A DNA stretch of 64,000 bases from Bdellovibrionales bacterium. Lineage in GTDB: Bacteria > Bdellovibrionota > Bdellovibrionia > Bdellovibrionales > DASUEL01. A program made the position numbers and the translations under genes. Under the pieces are notes generated by a model. That model was not told where the DNA came from. It did not search any database and saw only the letters and a list, made by a program, of their open reading frames with translations. The stretch is taken from assembly GCA_050250255.1 (NCBI GenBank), contig JBFWOZ010000011.1:1-64000 (forward strand), read 5' to 3'. This document shows positions 47,741-57,043 of the stretch, piece after piece. Positions within the stretch are counted from its first letter, which is position 1; each line of letters starts with the position of its first letter.

Positions 47741-47817
47741 GCGCTCCTAGCTCAATTGGATAGAGCATCAGACTTCGGATCTGAGGGTTAGAGGTTCAAG
47801 TCCTCTGGAGCGCGCCA
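47741..47817 (+). tRNA. tRNA-Arg(UCG)
   Basis: 77-nt cloverleaf: GCGCTCC/GGAGCGC acceptor, TCAGA-CTTCGGA-TCTGA anticodon arm, AGAGG-TTCAAGT-CCTCT T arm, encoded CCA; TTGATT-N17-GATATT upstream. Confidence 0.97.
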
Positions 47818-47842
47818 ATCAAAAAATAAAACCATCCATAGT

Positions 47843-47932
47843 GTGCGCTCCAGAGGTTCTACGGACTTTGTCGCCGGAAGCGACAAAGTGGGAGGACCAA
47901 GTCCTCTGGAGCGCACCAGTCGCTTCAGCGAC
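47843..47932 (+). repeat. tRNA-Arg-derived duplication (att-like 3' copy plus inverted copy, minihelix-like)
   Basis: CAAGTCCTCTGGAGCGCACCA (47898-918) matches the tRNA 3' end at 20/21; GTGCGCTCCAGAGG (47843-56) is its complement; GTCGC/GCGAC hairpins inside and after. Confidence 0.8.
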
Positions 47933-48078
47933 AAGAATTCATGAATACGCGCATTCTTGAATTCACGTATTCAATAGCGACTACAGAAAACCTTAGCTCC
48001 ACTCTCACAAAAACCTTTGTGCATTCTCAATAAGATAATCCCCATCGCGCCGGGTTTCTGTAAGGTAACAAATTCAGT

Positions 48079-48117
48079 GTGCGTCAGCTAATTATCTAAC
48101 TGACGCACTTTGCGTCA
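48079..48117. promoter_or_regulatory. putative operator TGACGCA-N3-TGCGTCA plus extra half-site
   Basis: Palindrome with perfect 7-bp arms at 48101-117 and GTGCGTCAG at 48079-87, just upstream of the HTH gene. Confidence 0.6.
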
Positions 48118-48160
48118 AAATTCCTTGTGCTGAGGTGAAACTGCTTTTATATATCCGCGT

Positions 48161-48994
48161 ATGCAAAAGCAAAGTTCGCCAAAATATAGAGAAATGTTGA
48201 ACGAGGAGTTGATCTCGCGAACCGAGAGAAACAGTCGTTACTCCGTTCGTTCTTTTGCACGTAGCCTGAATCTAGACAGCGGTGCACTTTCGCAGATTCT
48301 TTCGGGCAAACGCATTCCATCGGTAAAAGTAGCCGCTAAACTGATTGAACGCCTTGGCCTCTCTCCTGATGAAAAAGCAACTTTCTTAAGTTCGCTCGCC
48401 GAGATTCACTGCAATCGAAAATTACAGCGAACTCGCAAATTTTTTAAGGACATTTCGACAGAAATCAAATCCGTGACTGGGCGAGTTCAATATCGTGACC
48501 TCAGCTTAGATTTATTCAGAACAATTGCCGACTGGCATCACTACGCCATCCTGGAGCTCACTTTTGTCGACGGGTTTTCTTCCAATCCGAGATGGATCGC
48601 TGCAGAACTAGGAATTTCCATTTCAGAAGCTAACCTAGCTATTGCTCGCCTAAAAGAACTTGGGTTTTTAAGTGATGAAGACGGCGAACTTAAAAAGTCT
48701 ACACCTCCCCTTCTTACCTCCGATAGAACTTTAACGACTAGCGCTCATAAGAAACGACAAAAACAAATTCTTGCGAAGGCTATTGAAGCCATCGATGAAG
48801 TACCACTAGAGTTTAGAAATCACTCCGCGATGACCATGGCCATTGATCCCAAAAAAATTCCAGAGGCGAAAAAGAAGATTCAAACTTTCTTGGATGATCT
48901 TTCTGTCTTTCTCGAATCGGGCAAAAAAACTCAAGTTTACGAAGCTTCCGTTTGTCTATTTCCAATTCAAAAAAATCGAAAGGGTTACTCATGA
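48161..48994 (+). CDS. TIGR02147-family (XRE HTH + DUF4423-like) regulator
   Basis: YSVRSFARSL...LSQILSGKR HTH; IADWHHYAILEL, WIAAELGIS, MAIDPKKIPEAKKKI, VY....LFP. Confidence 0.88.
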   Translation: MQKQSSPKYREMLNEELISRTERNSRYSVRSFARSLNLDSGALSQILSGKRIPSVKVAAKLIERLGLSPDEKATFLSSLAEIHCNRKLQRTRKFFKDISTEIKSVTGRVQYRDLSLDLFRTIADWHHYAILELTFVDGFSSNPRWIAAELGISISEANLAIARLKELGFLSDEDGELKKSTPPLLTSDRTLTTSAHKKRQKQILAKAIEAIDEVPLEFRNHSAMTMAIDPKKIPEAKKKIQTFLDDLSVFLESGKKTQVYEASVCLFPIQKNRKGYS

Positions 48995-50106
48995 AACATT
49001 TAATGATTTTAGGTATACTTGCCGCCCTGCCGGCATATGCAGAGGCCGGCAACGGATCGCATGGCGGAGACGTGTTTGCATGTTTCTCAATACCTCTAGA
49101 AAAGGCCGTCACTAAGATTGAGCAGGGCTATTTAATGACGGCGGAAGGCCGACGGGCGCTGACCAAAGTACAAACTGTGGAATTCACTCGAGCGGAAGCT
49201 GCAAACATTCTCAATCCCGTTGCCGTGAGGCATATGAATAGCCCGTTTGAAATTGCGCTTCAGGCGATCACCACATCCTTTAAGGAAGTGCCCACATTTT
49301 TCCAAAGAATAGAAAGTGCGCGAGATTATGTGGGCCTCATTCCTGACGGTCTTCCAGCCCCTAATGGTCTTTATGATCTAAAAGATGAAGGGATTAATTT
49401 TCCACCTGAACCAAATTGCGTTCAATTACAAGCCGCTATTCGGGAAGGCCGAACGATCAACTTTGACCGAACCCTCTGGGAGAAAATGTCTGGCTTCCAA
49501 CAAGCGCTCCTCCAATTTCACGAGGAGATTTATTATATCGGTGTTCACGCCCCTTACTACCACGGTACTTCAGCACGTACGCAGTTATTGATTACCCACT
49601 GGCTGACTGGAAGAAAGACAGTTCCGGCAACGATTCAAGCTTTCACTTCGGACGCTTATCCAAGCGTGATTCAATATGCAACGCAGGCAGATCTAAAGAC
49701 TTATTATGACAAAGCGTTAGTAGCTTATGGACTTACCGAAGATTGGCTCAAGAAACAGATCGATGCTTGCAATCAGTGTCAGGATTGGTGGGAGAATCAT
49801 CCTAAAGATAAATATCCGACTGAAGGTGGCAGAAGAATCGACGCTATTTGCCCTTACTTGCCTCGTATTCCCGAAATTAATGACGCTAGAAAATTTTTCT
49901 ATGGTGTGGGTCCAAGTTGGGGATACGAACATGACTTTGAGCTGAATAAACTAAAAGCCTTTGGATGGGCCAGTCCCATAGCGATACTCACTTACTCGAA
50001 TCTGTTGGGTAAGTTGTCAATTTGTAGTGATGAAGGATTTCAAGCGATTTTCAACAAACTCGCAGAATCAAAAAAGAAATTAACAGAATATGAATCTCAA
50101 CCTTAA
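48991..50106 (+). CDS. hypothetical secreted protein (GNGSHGGD N-terminus, HEEIY motif)
   Basis: Signal peptide (AYA); ATGA coupling with the regulator. Confidence 0.75.
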   Translation: MKHLMILGILAALPAYAEAGNGSHGGDVFACFSIPLEKAVTKIEQGYLMTAEGRRALTKVQTVEFTRAEAANILNPVAVRHMNSPFEIALQAITTSFKEVPTFFQRIESARDYVGLIPDGLPAPNGLYDLKDEGINFPPEPNCVQLQAAIREGRTINFDRTLWEKMSGFQQALLQFHEEIYYIGVHAPYYHGTSARTQLLITHWLTGRKTVPATIQAFTSDAYPSVIQYATQADLKTYYDKALVAYGLTEDWLKKQIDACNQCQDWWENHPKDKYPTEGGRRIDAICPYLPRIPEINDARKFFYGVGPSWGYEHDFELNKLKAFGWASPIAILTYSNLLGKLSICSDEGFQAIFNKLAESKKKLTEYESQP

Positions 50107-50138
50107 TTTAAGGGTTACATTTTAAAAGAGGAAAAAGT

Positions 50139-50567
50139 ATGAAGTGTCTAAATGTGTTTTTGTTTGCAAGTATGATTTCAAGTTTTACACTTGCCGATCA
50201 AGTAGAGAATGTGGTTCCTACGCCAGGGATGTATGGAAGCGATTGGTCTCATTGCGCTAAAATGCTCATCCCAAGTGCCAACGGGAACATCGTCTACACG
50301 CTTCAAGTGGGCGCTCCGTACGGAGTGGGGCCGGCGTTTTATAATTGTCCGCCCAATGTGCCTGAGCGATACGTACGAGTTTCTACTCGAGTCTTCAAAC
50401 GTGAACCTGGAAATGGACAAATTATTGTTTTGAGTCGCGACCGCGTTGACTACAACGGGAACCAAGATCGCTTGATCCTACCAATGCAGGATTGTGCGGC
50501 ACCCGCTACGGGAGCCATCGGAAACGGAAATGCACAACCTCGCCCAACATTTTGCCCTAAAGATTAA
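50139..50567 (+). CDS. hypothetical secreted Cys-containing protein
   Basis: RBS GAGG, signal peptide (TLA). Confidence 0.7.
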   Translation: MKCLNVFLFASMISSFTLADQVENVVPTPGMYGSDWSHCAKMLIPSANGNIVYTLQVGAPYGVGPAFYNCPPNVPERYVRVSTRVFKREPGNGQIIVLSRDRVDYNGNQDRLILPMQDCAAPATGAIGNGNAQPRPTFCPKD

Positions 50568-50570
50568 CAA

Positions 50571-50593
50571 CTCGAGCGGTAGCCCCGCTCGAG
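50571..50593. terminator. GC-rich hairpin ending the TIGR02147 operon
   Basis: CTCGAGCGG-TAGCC-CCGCTCGAG. Confidence 0.55.
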
Positions 50594-51087
50594 CAAACTT
50601 TGTCCCAATTAAAAAATACCTATCTTCAATTGCCCCACATACACTTCATGTATGTCGACCAAGCAACGTTGTTACTTCGAGCATAACTCCAGGCTCGTAA
50701 GCTGCCCGGAGTGAAGCTCCTATACGAAGGCTCATCTTTACACCAGCATCGTGCAACGTGGTGCTTGTTTTTTGAGTGCTGTAAAACACTCCGGTTGAAA
50801 GTGCCGCTAACTTATTATGTCTGGTAATATAGCCATGAATACTCTTGTGAAATTGATTAACAAAATCAAGTAACCTTCAATTGAAGTAACGCCATAAACT
50901 CAGCAGCTCAATTGACAATTTGTCTCATTTTTTGCTCTTCTCAAACATTTACCTCCTATGACCAGTCTTTGTATGTGCCCCAGTGTCATGATGCGTATAA
51001 ACTTTTAATCATAAAATATAACTATGCTGATATATTGACTTAGCAATACGAAAGCTCAGATTTAAACTGTGAAAATAGCTGAAATGC

Positions 51088-51852
51088 ATGAAAGCGTCGG
51101 TTTTAAGTATGGTAAAAACACATCAAAAAAACGATTCGACTTCTGGAGTTTGTCGAAGTAACGGTGACGAACTACCAGCAAGCTCCAATTTTAAACCAAA
51201 GCGAACTGAAATTTTGTTAGTTTACGCTATTCTTATCGTCATATCGCTTTTTGCACTGTTAGATATTAGCGAGGACCTTTCATTTCATACTCCGCTTTCG
51301 CATATTATTACTGATGCGAGTCTCACTATTCTTGCTATTTTCTTTTTACTTGTCCTTCTCTACAGAACTCGGTTTGTACATTGGCGTACTACTAATCTCT
51401 ATGCAACGCTTTCTGAATCAATGAAAGAAGTTGAACGCTCCAAGAGTGCAGCTGAACAATCAAAACAACAAGCTGATCACGCAAGAAAATTTGCGGAACA
51501 TTACAAACAACAGGCCCATCAATCAAAACAATTGGCTGAAGAATTAAAAGTTGAAGCTGAGCAGACTCTTGAGGATAAGCGACTTCTATTAAAAGGATTG
51601 GGCCAGATCATCGATACGCAAATTGAAAAATGGAAATTGTCAGCAGCGGAAAAGGAGATTGCTCTATTTCTTCTCAAAGGCTTAAGCCATGCGGAAATTG
51701 CAGAGATCCGAAAAACGAGTGAAAGAACCGTACGTCAACAATCCTTAAAAATATACGCGAAAGCAGGCCTTAGTGGCCGCTCCGACCTTGCAGCCTATTT
51801 CATAGAAGATATGCTTGCGCCTCTTGAGCCCCGCGGCGAAAGTCTTACTTAA
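51088..51852 (+). CDS. membrane-anchored LuxR-family regulator (2 TM + coiled coil + HTH)
   Basis: Two hydrophobic helices; LSAAEKEIALFLLKGLSHAEIAEIRKTSERTVRQQSLKIYAK HTH. Confidence 0.88.
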   Translation: MKASVLSMVKTHQKNDSTSGVCRSNGDELPASSNFKPKRTEILLVYAILIVISLFALLDISEDLSFHTPLSHIITDASLTILAIFFLLVLLYRTRFVHWRTTNLYATLSESMKEVERSKSAAEQSKQQADHARKFAEHYKQQAHQSKQLAEELKVEAEQTLEDKRLLLKGLGQIIDTQIEKWKLSAAEKEIALFLLKGLSHAEIAEIRKTSERTVRQQSLKIYAKAGLSGRSDLAAYFIEDMLAPLEPRGESLT

Positions 51853-52099
51853 TTAGGTATTCAATGATTATGGGGTCGGACCTTTGTCATACAGTTCTCC
51901 GTTCATTAGGCTAGACATAAAATTTATTTTGTATGTCGAAAGACTGCCTGAAGCACCTTAACTTCAGCTGATTTTCTCCCACTGGAGATATGTCTTTCGT
52001 TAGATATTTTTCTTTCATGAATCCTTATCACATCAAAGAGGAACAAAAAAATTAATATGACCTCTTCAGATTGCTGGTGGTCCAAGGAAGGAACTTTTT

Positions 52100-53644
52100 A
52101 TGAAAAACATAGTAAGCGCGGCTCTGCTTTCAATATCGCTAGGGCTAGCGATACAAAGTCGGGCAGCCAACATTGACCCAAAGAATTTAGAAGCCGCGAA
52201 GCCCACATCGCCTCCTGTCCAATGGACAGATGTCAAAAGCTGGAAGCCCTTTGGCCATCGTTGGGCCGGAGCTTTGAATGCACAAAGTGAAATGATTGCG
52301 ATTTACGATCTGTCTTATCCGAATCTTCTCAGCACCTTTCCTTTCACTACTATTGGCGGCAGCAAAATCAGAAAATCTGATATCCTCAAGATGATTTTGG
52401 AAGCGAAATTAAATCCAAATGTTAATCAAAAAGACGCGGATAAAGCGATTGATGAGCTTCAAAAAACTCAAGGTGGCGCTATTGTTGATGGCGAGCTACC
52501 AGCGAATTGGTGGAAGAATGTTGTATGGAAGAATTTTCGCGCACAAAATAATGACGAACCTTCGTTATTCGCACTTTCTGAAATCAATATCGGCGCAGGG
52601 CTAAAAGCCAACGACCTCAAAAAGTTGGAGGATGCTATCAGTGGAATTGAATCTGCACTCAACGATCTGGAAGGTGTTGGCACAGGCAATCAGTTCATGA
52701 ACCGTTTTCAATTTCAACGAGTTGCACCAGGTACCTTTGAGGTTCAATACGTGACAAATGGCTTAGGAGTTTCGAAGCCCCGTAAAATCGTCGACCTCAT
52801 GTCAACGAAAGTTGAGTTTTATAATACAATGAAACTCGAACTGGCAAAGCAAGTTTTAGATCAAACTATTGGGCTGATTCCTGGAGAAATCGTCAAGGCC
52901 CTTGTCGAAACAGTTGTTAGCCGTTTTTTTCATTTTCATAAACTTGTGTTGAGCGGCCATCAAAACATGGCTGTGGAATTAGTTAACTCTATTCAAGATG
53001 GAACTCCAATTCCTGGCACAGCATTGACTAACAGCGAACGACTTAAAGCTGTCGAAGCAATTTCATTCGCCCAAAGCTCTTTACTCACTAGCTTCAAATG
53101 GATTTGGCAGAAACCGGCAGACGAATGGGAAAAAGATTTAAAAAAACATGAGGATCAAGCTCAAGCTGGGATTAATTGGGTGGCTCAACATGATCTGAAA
53201 ATTTCAACCCTTAATAGGCGTTTTGCCTACAGCCTAGATCCAATGACTCAAGTTATGAAACTTCTCAATTTGGCTAAAGACAAACCGAATGCAAAGAATG
53301 GCCCAATCGCTGCGATTGATTTTTCCCGCCCAGAAACTCTGTATAAGTATAGATTGCTTGTCGAAGTCATGTCGGCTGCCGTTGTTTTTGGAACGAAGTT
53401 TATACCGGTACCATATGTGGGAACTGTTATAAAGAAAGCTTATACGCAATTTGTTGAAAAGCCTGTTGATGACGCAAAAATCTGGGAAAGTCGAATGACC
53501 GTTCATCTTGAAGGACGATCATTAGAAGATCACACCCTTGACTTCAGCATCCTGGATCATCAGCGCGTGAATCCGTTATTTCAATCTCGTGAAAACATGA
53601 ACGCACTGATCAAAGCTCGAAAACGAATGATTGGATTGCTCTAA
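52100..53644 (+). CDS. hypothetical secreted protein
   Basis: RBS AAGGA, signal peptide (SRA), 514 aa, no family recognised. Confidence 0.8.
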   Translation: MKNIVSAALLSISLGLAIQSRAANIDPKNLEAAKPTSPPVQWTDVKSWKPFGHRWAGALNAQSEMIAIYDLSYPNLLSTFPFTTIGGSKIRKSDILKMILEAKLNPNVNQKDADKAIDELQKTQGGAIVDGELPANWWKNVVWKNFRAQNNDEPSLFALSEINIGAGLKANDLKKLEDAISGIESALNDLEGVGTGNQFMNRFQFQRVAPGTFEVQYVTNGLGVSKPRKIVDLMSTKVEFYNTMKLELAKQVLDQTIGLIPGEIVKALVETVVSRFFHFHKLVLSGHQNMAVELVNSIQDGTPIPGTALTNSERLKAVEAISFAQSSLLTSFKWIWQKPADEWEKDLKKHEDQAQAGINWVAQHDLKISTLNRRFAYSLDPMTQVMKLLNLAKDKPNAKNGPIAAIDFSRPETLYKYRLLVEVMSAAVVFGTKFIPVPYVGTVIKKAYTQFVEKPVDDAKIWESRMTVHLEGRSLEDHTLDFSILDHQRVNPLFQSRENMNALIKARKRMIGLL

Positions 53645-53672
53645 TCGTCGTTCCACTCATTTAAATAAACTG

Positions 53673-53699
53673 GGAGGGTTCGTAACCCTCCTTTTTTTT
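53673..53699 (+). terminator. intrinsic terminator
   Basis: GGAGGGTT-CGT-AACCCTCC-T8. Confidence 0.85.
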
Positions 53700-53922
53700 A
53701 TTTCAAAGGGTTACGAAATTCTCTGAGACCTTGGTCTGGTTACTTTGATATGTCAAATGTCTCAGTCTCAGTTTTTAAGTCGGCTCCATTAAGTTGGAGT
53801 CCAAGTGTGGCGTCTGACATATATCTTTTCTTCTGTATTTTGATTTTGATGAAGATCAATTCAAACTAAATCGCATAAGCCAAGGATTGCTTGTGCACAA
53901 AACGTCCAGCATGGAGGGACAA

Positions 53923-55020
53923 ATGAAGACCAAAATTATTCTATTACTTTGTTTTTTGATTATTTCAAATTCAATGTTGCGCGCGTCTGCAAAGGGGTTG
54001 GATTATTATGAAATTAAATCCGCTGAGGAGCTGCTTTCAAATCACGAATCCTCCGAAAAGGCTGATGAGTTCAAGATTGCCTTAATTGGCGATACAGAAG
54101 CAGGCGCGGGTTTTGGTTCGGTCTTAAAGTTAATTGCCACTGAAAAAGCGAACGTTGTCATGATAAACGGAGATTTAGGTTATGGATCTTCCCCTGACAT
54201 GTGGAAAGGTCGCCTTACTTCATCGATAGATACAGATTCCATTGCAGTCATTGGCACCCTCGGAAACCATGACGTAGGCTCAAATACAAGTAAGTATGTT
54301 TCAATATTCGATAATCTGCGGACGGATAAAAATGGCTTGAAGACTGCATGCACTGGAAGTGTGGGAGTCTCAGAAGGTCATGATATCGTTGCAGCTGATG
54401 AAGTGTGTACGTTCGGGAACGTAAGTATAGTAAGTAATGCCATAGGGCAAATTTTCACAAAGACCTATTTGGAAAATAGACTCGAAGCTAAACTCAAAAT
54501 CATACCCGCAACTAATTGGAAGCTCGTGGGATACCATTTTACACTTTCCTCTATGAATCCAGGTCTAAAAGGTGATGAATCGAGTTTTAGATTTTTCGAT
54601 CTCATTCGGCAATATGGTGCTATAGGAGCACAAGCCCATACACATAGTGCTATGGCCTCGTGTCCGATTTCTTCTCCTTTCAAAAGTGGTTCTGCGATTC
54701 AGTGTCATCCTGAGTTTAAAAGCCTTGAAGGTCGTTTTGTAATGCCAGGTACAGCAGTCTACGTGGATTCTTCTCTTGGCGGAAAAGAGGCGCGAAATCG
54801 CGGACGCTGTAAAAATCCAGCAGAGGGTGGCTGCAAACACATGGTAGATCTCATTTCAAGTGATGGCTATACAAGAGTCGATGGCTCCAAAAACACCAAC
54901 TTTAATCGTTTGGGTGCGCTCTTTTTTGTTTTTAATGTCGGAGGTGATGCTTCAAAAGCGTATGCTTATTTTAAATCCATCGACGGACAAACAATATTCA
55001 AGTTTGCGCTTGTGCGATAA
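53923..55020 (+). CDS. secreted calcineurin-like metallophosphoesterase (purple-acid-phosphatase-like)
   Basis: IGDT, NGDLGY, GNHD, GYH, AHTH; signal peptide; RBS GGAGG. Confidence 0.8.
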   Translation: MKTKIILLLCFLIISNSMLRASAKGLDYYEIKSAEELLSNHESSEKADEFKIALIGDTEAGAGFGSVLKLIATEKANVVMINGDLGYGSSPDMWKGRLTSSIDTDSIAVIGTLGNHDVGSNTSKYVSIFDNLRTDKNGLKTACTGSVGVSEGHDIVAADEVCTFGNVSIVSNAIGQIFTKTYLENRLEAKLKIIPATNWKLVGYHFTLSSMNPGLKGDESSFRFFDLIRQYGAIGAQAHTHSAMASCPISSPFKSGSAIQCHPEFKSLEGRFVMPGTAVYVDSSLGGKEARNRGRCKNPAEGGCKHMVDLISSDGYTRVDGSKNTNFNRLGALFFVFNVGGDASKAYAYFKSIDGQTIFKFALVR

Positions 55021-55081
55021 TATTAAGAGCAGAATACCGCGGCGAAATGCAGAAAATTGATACCAAATTATGAGGGGGGAT

Positions 55082-56326
55082 TTATTTTTTACGAGTTTTG
55101 TTCTTTTTTTTCTTCGGTTTAGTAAAAAGACTTTCTTCGAAGGCGATCATCTCGGCAACGCCCATCTCTTCGGGCTTTTCTTTGGTCGCCACTAGCATTT
55201 GTTGGTCGAACTTTGCTTCGTTGAGTTTTGTCTGCAAAAACTCTTCGATGGCGAGAAGCTTCTCTTGTTCCTCTTCGCTCACAAAGGAAATGGCATCCCC
55301 TTTCGCGAAGCCACGGCCCGTACGCCCAATACGATGCACGTAGTTTTCTGGATCATCAGGTAGATCGTAGTTAATCACGTGGGTGATGCCTGGCAAATCA
55401 ATACCCCGAGCGGAGAGATCCGTTGCGATCAGAACGATATTGTTCTGAGTACGAAACTGCTCAAGATTCTTTTCGCGATCTTCCTGATGAAGACCCCCGT
55501 GTAAACCTACTGCTAAGATATTATTTTTTTCTAAGTGAGCGATCACACGCTCTGCTTTGACCTGAGTTCTTACGAAGACAATCGGCTTTGCTTCGGGAGC
55601 TGATTTTAAAAAGCTTACGAGCAAATGGCGTTTTTCATTCATGGGGATTTTCACGATAGAGTGAGTGATGTTCTTCGAAACAAATTCTTCGGGAGAGACT
55701 TGGATACGAAGAGCGTTCGAGCGAATAAGCGAGTAAGCGGTGCTTTTAATGTTTTTATTAATGGTGGCTGAGAAAAAGAGCGTTTGATGTCTTTGAGTCA
55801 GAAGTCTCTTAATGGCTTCAATTTCTTTAATGAATCCTAGATCCATCATACGATCGGCTTCATCAAGCACCAGTGTTCTCACCGCCCTCACATCAATGTG
55901 CCCTTGGCGAATGAGATCGAACATGCGGCCCGGAGTGGCGATTAAAATGTCCACACCGCCAGCAAGCTGGGCAATTTGTGAGTCTTGCTCCACCCCACCA
56001 TAGACCGAATAGTTGGTCGCCTTGGTGTGGGCTGAGAGTTTTGAGAACACCTTGCCGATTTGCTGAGCCAGTTCTCTTGTTGGAACCATGACAAGACATT
56101 TGATACCGCGATCATTTCTCTTTTGCTTAAGATCGTGAATGCGAGAAATGAGCGGAATCGCAAAAGCGGCTGTTTTACCCGTGCCTGTTTGGGCGATGGC
56201 GAGCACATCCTCGTCGTTAAAAATCGCTGGAATCGTTTTGTATTGAATATCGGTTGTTCGAAAATATCCATTCTGTTCAAGATTGGCTTTAATTTCGGGA
56301 GCAATTGGATATTTATCGAATCTCAT
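55082..56326 (-). CDS. DEAD-box RNA helicase
   Basis: AQTGTGKT, PTRELA, TPGR, DEAD, SAT, ARGID, HRIGRTGR. Confidence 0.97.
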   Translation of the reverse strand: MRFDKYPIAPEIKANLEQNGYFRTTDIQYKTIPAIFNDEDVLAIAQTGTGKTAAFAIPLISRIHDLKQKRNDRGIKCLVMVPTRELAQQIGKVFSKLSAHTKATNYSVYGGVEQDSQIAQLAGGVDILIATPGRMFDLIRQGHIDVRAVRTLVLDEADRMMDLGFIKEIEAIKRLLTQRHQTLFFSATINKNIKSTAYSLIRSNALRIQVSPEEFVSKNITHSIVKIPMNEKRHLLVSFLKSAPEAKPIVFVRTQVKAERVIAHLEKNNILAVGLHGGLHQEDREKNLEQFRTQNNIVLIATDLSARGIDLPGITHVINYDLPDDPENYVHRIGRTGRGFAKGDAISFVSEEEQEKLLAIEEFLQTKLNEAKFDQQMLVATKEKPEEMGVAEMIAFEESLFTKPKKKKNKTRKK

Positions 56327-56375
56327 TTTTCAATCTCTGCTTTAACACGGACACGAGAATTTTCTCGGAGTTTCT

Positions 56376-56735
56376 TTATTGATTAGCTTCCAAAGTATCC
56401 ACACATGAATCAATAAGATTTAAAAAAGATTCGAGAAAATCTCCTTTTTCATCAAACACCTGAGCCATGCTTTTGACTGAGTAGATCAGACACTGCTGAG
56501 GCTTTGCTTTTGAAGTTTCGATATGTGCCATTTGAACAGAGAGGGTGAGACGATGAGCCTGCTCGAACCATTCAACCCTAGTGAATTCATAAGTATAATC
56601 ACCACCGTTACACCAAAAATCACCACAAACGCTATTCAGTTTTGCTTTGATACGGCCAAGATCGACGGGTCTAAATTGGTCTGCCTGAGCCGAAAAACTA
56701 AAAATAAAGATACTAGCTGCCAATAGAAATTTCAT
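56376..56735 (-). CDS. small hypothetical secreted protein
   Basis: RBS GGAGG, signal peptide (AQA), CGDFWC motif. Confidence 0.8.
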   Translation of the reverse strand: MKFLLAASIFIFSFSAQADQFRPVDLGRIKAKLNSVCGDFWCNGGDYTYEFTRVEWFEQAHRLTLSVQMAHIETSKAKPQQCLIYSVKSMAQVFDEKGDFLESFLNLIDSCVDTLEANQ

Positions 56736-57043
56736 AATACCTCCAAAAGAATATGAAACACATAGCTGAGAGCCAGTGAACCTTCAAAAGATGAATGATG
56801 AACCAGCAAGATTTGCAATTATTACTGCGCTCAAATCATCCACGTTACATTCTCTCTTTGGCAGCGCCACAAAAGATACTTCTCTGGCTTCAGAAAAAAG
56901 CTCCAGAATAACCTTTGAAATTAGAGAAATCTCTCCACGAGGAGGAGGCGCAGCCTTCACTTACCCAATTTGGCCCCTAAGTGCACATTATAAAAAATTA
57001 ATCTCTTTTTCGTTTTTCAGATATGAGATAGATTTGTAAATCT

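Noticed and set aside
56776..57039. 87-aa ORF in a divergent intergenic region
   Set aside because: No RBS or motif; occupies the expected promoter space of two divergent genes.
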